A stretch of 64,000 bases of DNA from Deltaproteobacteria bacterium (lineage in GTDB: Bacteria; Myxococcota; Kuafuiibacteriia; Kuafuiibacteriales; Kuafuiibacteriaceae): positions 1 through 64,000 of the forward strand of contig JAVJQW010000069.1 of the NCBI GenBank assembly GCA_040218735.1. The letters are read 5' to 3'. Position 1 is the first letter of the stretch. Each line of letters begins with the position of its first letter. The notes beneath the pieces were generated by a model. The model was given only the letters and a program-made list of their open reading frames with translations. It had not been told where the DNA came from and did not search any database. The position numbers and the translations under genes were made by a program. Positions 58,493 through 64,000 of this stretch are shown in pieces.

Positions 58493-59704
58493 GTGGCAAC
58501 AAGGAAGAAGACCGATACGAAGCGACCCACTCGCAAGACGAGCACGAAGGCGAGGAAGCCGAAGCCGAGCAAGTCCGATGCGAAGGTGACGAAGCCGAAG
58601 AAGCGCTCCGCTTCGGCCTCGTCGCCTACGGCGAAGAAGAAGGGCCCGGGCCCGGCCGCGGACGATTACGGGGCCGTTCTCGAGGAGTTGGTGGAGATCG
58701 TTGATACCGCGCGGCGGATGGCGGTCCGTTCCGTGAACGCCGTCATGACAGCGGCCTACTGGCAAATCGGTCGCCGGCTTGTTGAGCATGAGCAGTCCGG
58801 ATCTCGCCGTGCAGAGTACGGACAGGCGCTTGTGGAGCGCGTTTCTGCGGAGCTGACGGCTCGGTTCGGGCGAGGATTCGGGAAGAGCAACCTGTTCCAG
58901 ATGCGCGCCTTCTACCTGGCGTACCGCTCGATGTTCCAGACGGTGTCTGGAATATCGAGTGTCGTCGATCCGGGCAGTGCCGCCGACCGATTCCCGCTGT
59001 CGTGGTCTGCATACGTTACCCTTCTGCGGGTCGAGAACGAAGCCGCGCGACGATTCTACGAGGAGGAGGCGCTTCGCGGCGGATGGAGCGTGCGCCAGCT
59101 CGACCGCCAAATCGGCTCGCAGTTCTACGAGCGCACCCTACTCTCGAGAAACAAGGCGGCGATGCTTCGCAAGGGCTCCAAGCCGAAGGCCGAGGACGCA
59201 GTCTCGATCCAGGAGGAGACCCGTGACCCGTATGTGTTGGAGTTCCTCGATCTGAAGGACGAGTACTCCGAGACTGATCTCGAAGAGGCGCTGATCCGAC
59301 ACCTCGAGTCCTTCCTGCTCGAACTCGGTGGCGACTTCACTTTTGTCGGCCGCCAGAAGCGCCTCCGGATTGGCGACAACTGGTTCCGCGTCGACCTTGT
59401 ATTCTTCCATCGCGGGCTCCGATGCCTCGTGCTCATCGACCTAAAGCTCGGCCGGCTGACGCACGCCGACGTTGGGCAGATGCACACGTACTGCAACTAC
59501 GCCCGCCGTCATTGGATTCGCGACGGAGAGAATCCCCCCGTCGGCCTGATTCTCTGCGCCGACGAGAACCGTGCGTTGGCCGAGTACGCCCTCGAAGGAC
59601 TCCCGAACAAGGTGCTCGCAGCGCGGTACCGAACCGAACTCCCCGACACGAAGATGCTCGAGCAGGAACTCTCGCGCACCAAGCGGCGCCTTGAGCGAGG
59701 CTGA
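58493..59704 (+). CDS. yhcG: YhcG/DUF1016 PD-(D/E)xK nuclease-domain protein
   Basis: YWQIG, LSWSAY, WSVRQL, DPYVLEFL, LLELGGDF, VDLVFF...LIDLK...GQM; Lys-rich N-terminal tail. Confidence 0.92.
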   Translation: MATRKKTDTKRPTRKTSTKARKPKPSKSDAKVTKPKKRSASASSPTAKKKGPGPAADDYGAVLEELVEIVDTARRMAVRSVNAVMTAAYWQIGRRLVEHEQSGSRRAEYGQALVERVSAELTARFGRGFGKSNLFQMRAFYLAYRSMFQTVSGISSVVDPGSAADRFPLSWSAYVTLLRVENEAARRFYEEEALRGGWSVRQLDRQIGSQFYERTLLSRNKAAMLRKGSKPKAEDAVSIQEETRDPYVLEFLDLKDEYSETDLEEALIRHLESFLLELGGDFTFVGRQKRLRIGDNWFRVDLVFFHRGLRCLVLIDLKLGRLTHADVGQMHTYCNYARRHWIRDGENPPVGLILCADENRALAEYALEGLPNKVLAARYRTELPDTKMLEQELSRTKRRLERG

Positions 59705-59757
59705 AGCCGGCCCACGGGGCTCAGATCACCCTATTCGGCTCTAGGAGGAACGGCTTT

Positions 59758-59785
59758 GGTGGCGCAGATAGACATTTTCATACTC
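59758..59785. mobile_element. Candidate recombination site C
   Basis: GGTGGCGCAGA-TAGACA-TTTTCATACTC; arms match site B. Confidence 0.5.
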
Positions 59786-60003
59786 AAGACCCCGCTATCT
59801 GGGTGTCCCCAGCCTCTTCTGTGCTGCGAGTCTTACGTCGTCACGAGCCGCCGCGACTTTTTACGGCGGCGGGGCAACGCACGAACGTCGGCTCGGCATC
59901 GCGGTCGGTGTTGGGTTTTTGATGTCGGCCGACGATCCGATGATTCAGCGACACGGATATTCCGCGCGACGACTGTCTGCGAACGCCTCAGAAGCGGTCT
60001 GGA

Positions 60004-61107
60004 TCACCGCACGCACGCGATTGTCTCGTCGCACCGATCTATCACCGGCACGATCTCGTCAAGAAGGCGGCGAACCTCGGTCGGCGACACGTCGACGACG
60101 CGTCCCGTTGCACCTATCCCAGTTTGCTTCACGAAGCGGTCGTCGATAAGGCCGAGGTTGTGAGTGACGACGTGACGCTTCGCCATCGCGATGCGGAGGA
60201 AGGCGATGTCCTTTGGTGTGAGGTCGGCAAAAGGATCAATGCCGAACGGGGCGAGCTTTTCGCGAGCTCGATCGATGTTTTGAAAGGCATTGCCGACGTT
60301 CTTCAGGGTCTTCGTCGCCGCAACGTCATTTTCCCGTTGGCGGACGACGAACGCGAAGAAGGTCTTCAAGAAGGCCTCAACGATAGATACGACGTTCTCA
60401 TGTGTGTCCGCAATGCGGCGATGAGCATGCTCATCTTCGCCTCGACGAATCAGGCGCTCTGCTTCCCGAAGGTCGTCCTCGATGAGCTCGCGCTCACGTA
60501 TGAGGTGCGTGGTGAGGTTGGGACTTCCGCAGTCGGGGCAGAAGAGCCCAAGCGCGAAGACGCCGTAACTACGGTCGCAGATGTGGCACTGCACGTTGCG
60601 AAGCTGATCTTGATGCTTCGGTGGCTGCGGCCTTTGGCGAGGAGGGGTCCGAGCTTGGCTGCGTGTCTTGATCTGAAGGGAGTTTCGCCCTCGTCCGCGC
60701 CTCTTCACGGACTTCGCGAGTTGCCCCAGTAGGTTATCTACGACCTCCTCCGCGAACTCTTCGGCTTCGTGATTGATGCGGCTATCGACGTACTGCGCTA
60801 CGTCGGCCGGCAGGAAGTCGTCATCATCACCATCGTACCCACAGTACGGACACGTCGTTCCGGCTGTGTTCGGTCGCCGATGGAGATCAGAAGGTAGCTC
60901 GTCGTCGCGCTTCGTGCCGCCTTCGCCGAGATAGAACTCGCTCCCCGGGCATTCTCCACGGGGACAGGCTCTTTTCTGTTTGCCGCTCGGTGTTGACGGC
61001 AGCGGAATCGGGACTCGCCTACTGGGCGGTTGGAGCATCTCTCGGTTTTTGACACGCACGTTGGTGCCGTCAAGAGGGAGCAGGTGTGCGCAAGAGCGGA
61101 CACTCAA
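60004..61107 (-). CDS. Multi-Zn-ribbon protein with HEPN-like C-terminus
   Basis: CPRGEC, CPYC, CHIC, CPDC; FQNID...KRHVVTHN (Rx4H); start may be ATG 61038. Confidence 0.65.
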   Translation of the reverse strand: MSVRSCAHLLPLDGTNVRVKNREMLQPPSRRVPIPLPSTPSGKQKRACPRGECPGSEFYLGEGGTKRDDELPSDLHRRPNTAGTTCPYCGYDGDDDDFLPADVAQYVDSRINHEAEEFAEEVVDNLLGQLAKSVKRRGRGRNSLQIKTRSQARTPPRQRPQPPKHQDQLRNVQCHICDRSYGVFALGLFCPDCGSPNLTTHLIRERELIEDDLREAERLIRRGEDEHAHRRIADTHENVVSIVEAFLKTFFAFVVRQRENDVAATKTLKNVGNAFQNIDRAREKLAPFGIDPFADLTPKDIAFLRIAMAKRHVVTHNLGLIDDRFVKQTGIGATGRVVDVSPTEVRRLLDEIVPVIDRCDETIACVR

Positions 61108-61409
61108 CTCTCCTAGTGGTGCTCACGGACCTGCGGCTCACGTACACCGGCGACGCCATAGGACGCGGAGCTGCACCGGCAGCTGCTGCAACCCTGCCGC
61201 GAGAGGGGACCCACGGCCAAGACGGTGGCGCCGACCTACGTCGGACGGCAAGTTCGCGTTCACCGTTCGACTCGGGAGCAACTTCGTTGCTACCCCTCGG
61301 ATTGGAGACCGTGAGTTCGCGGCTGCGCGGCCGACCGGCGCATACGCAAGGGCTTCGACTCGCTTGCACGCCTGGCAGGGGCAGTTGCGTTGAGCACCGG
61401 GTTTCGGCG

Positions 61410-62408
61410 TCAAAGTAGCCCGTCCGCCGCATTGTCCCGCCACGGATCCGCCAACCTCACGTACTCCCGTACCTGCAGCACCGACTTGTGGCCCGTGTGG
61501 TTGCGGATGACGTCCTCGCTCTTGCCTGCGAGCGCGGCTGCTGTGATGAACCCGCTCCTCAGCGAGTGCCCGGAAAACTGACGCGGGTCGAGGCCGACGC
61601 GCTCCACGGAGCGCTTGATGACGTTCGCGACCGCCTGCGTGGAGAGGCGCTTCGGCCGAACGTTTCCGTGCCGATCGACGCCCCGGAAGACGGCCCCTTC
61701 GCGGATGCCGGCGGCGGAGAGCCAGGCCTCGAGGGCCGCGATGGGACACAGCTCGGGATGCCGTGCGGGCGGAATCGCCACCACCCTGCCCTTCCCTTCT
61801 TGGTCGGTCTTGGTTCGGCCGAGTTCGACGATCAGTCCATCGTTGGTCCTTGTGAGGCGCTCGAGGTCGAGGCCCACGAGCTCGGAGCGCCGAAAGGCGC
61901 CGATGAAACCGATCAGGAGGAGCGCCTGGTCCCGGAGCGCAAGGCGCGGGTTGCCGTCGGGGAGCGCCTCGAGGACGGCGCGGAGGTCCTCGACGACGGC
62001 TGGCGTCTTCTTGGCCTGCTTCGTTCCGATGCTGCGCCGAATCCCCTGGCGGACGGCGTGAACGCGGCCGTCGCCGCGCGGAGAACGTAGGCCGGCGGTG
62101 CGGTGCGCGGCGCCGATGGCGGCGAGGACGAGGTCGATGCCGGCGGCTTTGCGTCCGGCGTCCGCGAGGTGGGTGATGTAGCGCGCGACGGTCTGGGGCG
62201 CCGCGGGCAGCGGCGAAACCTCGGGCGTACGCGCGCGGCACCAGTCGACGAAGGCGCCCCACTCCTTCGTGTACGTACGCTTCGTGGCGTCGGCGAGGGA
62301 GGCCTCCGCGTACGCGATGGCGCGTTCGTCGAGGGGGCTGAGGCCCCCCTCGGCTTCGGTGCCGTTCTCGGCGGTGGCGAGACCGCTCTGCTTCGTAGGG
62401 AGGGACAT
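61410..62408 (-). CDS. Cre-like tyrosine recombinase (paralog of 57504-58490)
   Basis: RDQALLLIGFIGAFRRSEL, TKTDQ, SGHSLRSG, TGHKS...EYVR; ATG 62408. Confidence 0.94.
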   Translation of the reverse strand: MSLPTKQSGLATAENGTEAEGGLSPLDERAIAYAEASLADATKRTYTKEWGAFVDWCRARTPEVSPLPAAPQTVARYITHLADAGRKAAGIDLVLAAIGAAHRTAGLRSPRGDGRVHAVRQGIRRSIGTKQAKKTPAVVEDLRAVLEALPDGNPRLALRDQALLLIGFIGAFRRSELVGLDLERLTRTNDGLIVELGRTKTDQEGKGRVVAIPPARHPELCPIAALEAWLSAAGIREGAVFRGVDRHGNVRPKRLSTQAVANVIKRSVERVGLDPRQFSGHSLRSGFITAAALAGKSEDVIRNHTGHKSVLQVREYVRLADPWRDNAADGLL

Positions 62409-62419
62409 TTGAGAGGTCT

Positions 62420-62454
62420 CTAGCTTGCGGTAATCTGAAGTTACCACAAGTTAG
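62420..62454. mobile_element. 14-7-14 imperfect palindrome (G), lox/res-like
   Basis: CTAGCTTGCGGTAA-TCTGAAG-TTACCACAAGTTAG, 11 bp upstream of the recombinase ATG. Confidence 0.6.
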
Positions 62455-62573
62455 TCTGGTGTCCAGATCGGTTCACCGCAACGCACAGCTAACGCGATGG
62501 GCAAGGACGGCCGGAGGGGCCTTTCGACCGCAACCGGTCCAGCGAACGCCGGTGCGAACGCGGGCTCCGGGGG

Positions 62574-63473
62574 TCAGGTCCAGGTCGAACCAGGGCAGTT
62601 CCAGGTCGCAACGCCCGGTGCGCCAGCAAGCACCGGGTTCAGGAAGGCCGCGGCGGCCGTGTGCACGTCGCCGAGCTCCGGCCACGGCAACGCGCTCGCC
62701 CGGGCGATGACGCGGTACGGGCCAGCCCAAGCCGCTGGCGGCTCCGGCAAAGCAGCGGGCAACGGATGCGTCGCGCGATGTTCGAAGGTGCGGGTGAGCG
62801 CGGCCCGGAGCCGCGCGGCGTCGACGTCTTCGACGGTCCCGAGGAGCGCAAGGTCCGGAAGGTCCTTCACGCGCGTGTTCGGTTGAGAGCGGGGAAGCGT
62901 GTACGCATGGAGCTTCTCGGCGACGTGGCTGACGACCGGATAAAGACGAAGCTGCGGCGGCGGAATGCTCGCGAACCCGAGCGTGTCGCTGGCGACGACG
63001 ATGTCCGGCTCACCCACGATCGGGTCGCCGAAAGCGACGTCGACGCCGAAGGGCTGACCGTAGATCTTTCCGGCGAGGCGACACTCTGCGCGAAAGCGAT
63101 GGCCCTCGTACTTCATGCCTTCGGTCTGGATGTCGGGATGCCGCGGATCGGGCGCGACCTCGAAGCGCATGAAGTCGCCCAGGTCGAGGCGACCGGCTTC
63201 GGAGAGCTCCTCGCGAACGTTCGTCGCCGCGCCCATCATGCGAAGATCGACATCCTTCGTCGTGCGCGCCCGCGCGAGTCGCAGCTCGAGGACGAGGCCG
63301 CCCTTGAGCGTGACAGCGTCGCCCACCGTCTGCGCCACCCGCGCAAGGAATCGGTCGAAGACGAGCAGCTGTCGCCGGCGTGCGAAGTCGGCCCCCGAAG
63401 AAGAGGCCTCCTTGAGCCGCGACTCGAGGGCCTGCTTGAACGCGAGCGGTGTCGCGTAGCTTCGGGGCGGCAT
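62574..63473 (-). CDS. abiEii: AbiEii-family nucleotidyltransferase toxin (type IV TA)
   Basis: LKGGLVL...RTTKDVD, AEKLHA, RVKDLPD. Confidence 0.92.
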   Translation of the reverse strand: MPPRSYATPLAFKQALESRLKEASSSGADFARRRQLLVFDRFLARVAQTVGDAVTLKGGLVLELRLARARTTKDVDLRMMGAATNVREELSEAGRLDLGDFMRFEVAPDPRHPDIQTEGMKYEGHRFRAECRLAGKIYGQPFGVDVAFGDPIVGEPDIVVASDTLGFASIPPPQLRLYPVVSHVAEKLHAYTLPRSQPNTRVKDLPDLALLGTVEDVDAARLRAALTRTFEHRATHPLPAALPEPPAAWAGPYRVIARASALPWPELGDVHTAAAAFLNPVLAGAPGVATWNCPGSTWT

Positions 63474-64000
63474 CAGGTGCCTCCGAGCGCGGCGGCGAGC
63501 CGACGTCGAAGCGCCGCCTCATCACGGCGCGAGAAGAGACCACGACGGTGTGCGTCGTTGATGGCCGACTCGATGAGCTCGGGCGAGACGTGGGCGTCGA
63601 TGCAATCGACGATGGTGCGGCGAGGACCGCTCACCGGTACCGGACCGACCCAGTCCTGCTCGGTCGCATCGATGGCGGCGTAGTGAAGGACGAGATCGGC
63701 CGGCACGCGAAGACGCCGCGTGCACCAGGACTCGGGAACGGTGAGGTGGGCTTCGACCGGAAGGACGTCGGACAGCTCGTGGAGCATCAACGCGGTCTCG
63801 TGCGAGAAGACGCCCGCCTGCCCGCTCCAAAGCCAGAGGACGACAAGCGCCTCGTGCTCCGACGACGGGAAGTGCACGAGGCGGTAGATGCCACGGCGCT
63901 CGCGGATCACGCGCCCGTTCTTGAGGTACTTGTGCAGGAGAGGCAGCGAGAAGCCTGCGGCGTGTGCCTGGGCCGTCGTGAAGAAGCCTGCCTGGGTCTC
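63473..64000 (-). CDS. abiEi: AbiEi-family antitoxin (5' end outside window)
   Basis: QAGFFTTAQA...RGIYRL, VFSHETAL, RTIVD; stop overlaps abiEii start. Confidence 0.88.
   Translation of the reverse strand, partial: ETQAGFFTTAQAHAAGFSLPLLHKYLKNGRVIRERRGIYRLVHFPSSEHEALVVLWLWSGQAGVFSHETALMLHELSDVLPVEAHLTVPESWCTRRLRVPADLVLHYAAIDATEQDWVGPVPVSGPRRTIVDCIDAHVSPELIESAINDAHRRGLFSRRDEAALRRRLAAALGGT

Noticed and set aside
1-64000. CRISPR arrays, tRNA/rRNA genes, canonical integron attC sites
   Set aside because: No regularly spaced repeats, RNA-gene signatures or RYYYAAC...GTTRRRY hairpins seen by eye; a covariance-model scan was not possible.

Overview
High-GC accessory region, probably from a Myxococcota-type genome (inferred from MYXO-CTERM tails, DGxDNDCD motifs and an SCE4755-like protein). 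It has three blocks. (1) 1-22 kb: two giant RHS/YD polymorphic toxin genes, both tipped with HExxH zinc-metalloprotease domains. Each is followed by an overlapping candidate immunity gene (one TIMP-like, one beta-propeller) and a convergent copy of the same tyrosine recombinase (one frameshifted, one intact). (2) 22-54.5 kb: an HTH/PIN toxin-antitoxin pair, then a copper/heavy-metal island with two two-component systems, two RND efflux systems, a P1B ATPase, a multicopper oxidase, a cupredoxin, a His-brace protein, a cytochrome c and a UxxC selenoprotein that the ORF track truncates at its TGA. (3) 54.5-64 kb: a defence-like island (PIN/Zn-ribbon protein, AAA ATPase, YhcG, Zn/HEPN protein, AbiEi/AbiEii) with two Cre-like recombinases. 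Two families of candidate recombinase sites (11-6-11 and TAA-N7-TTA palindromes) fall at module boundaries, suggesting cassette-like assembly. All calls come from reading motifs by eye; no searches were run.
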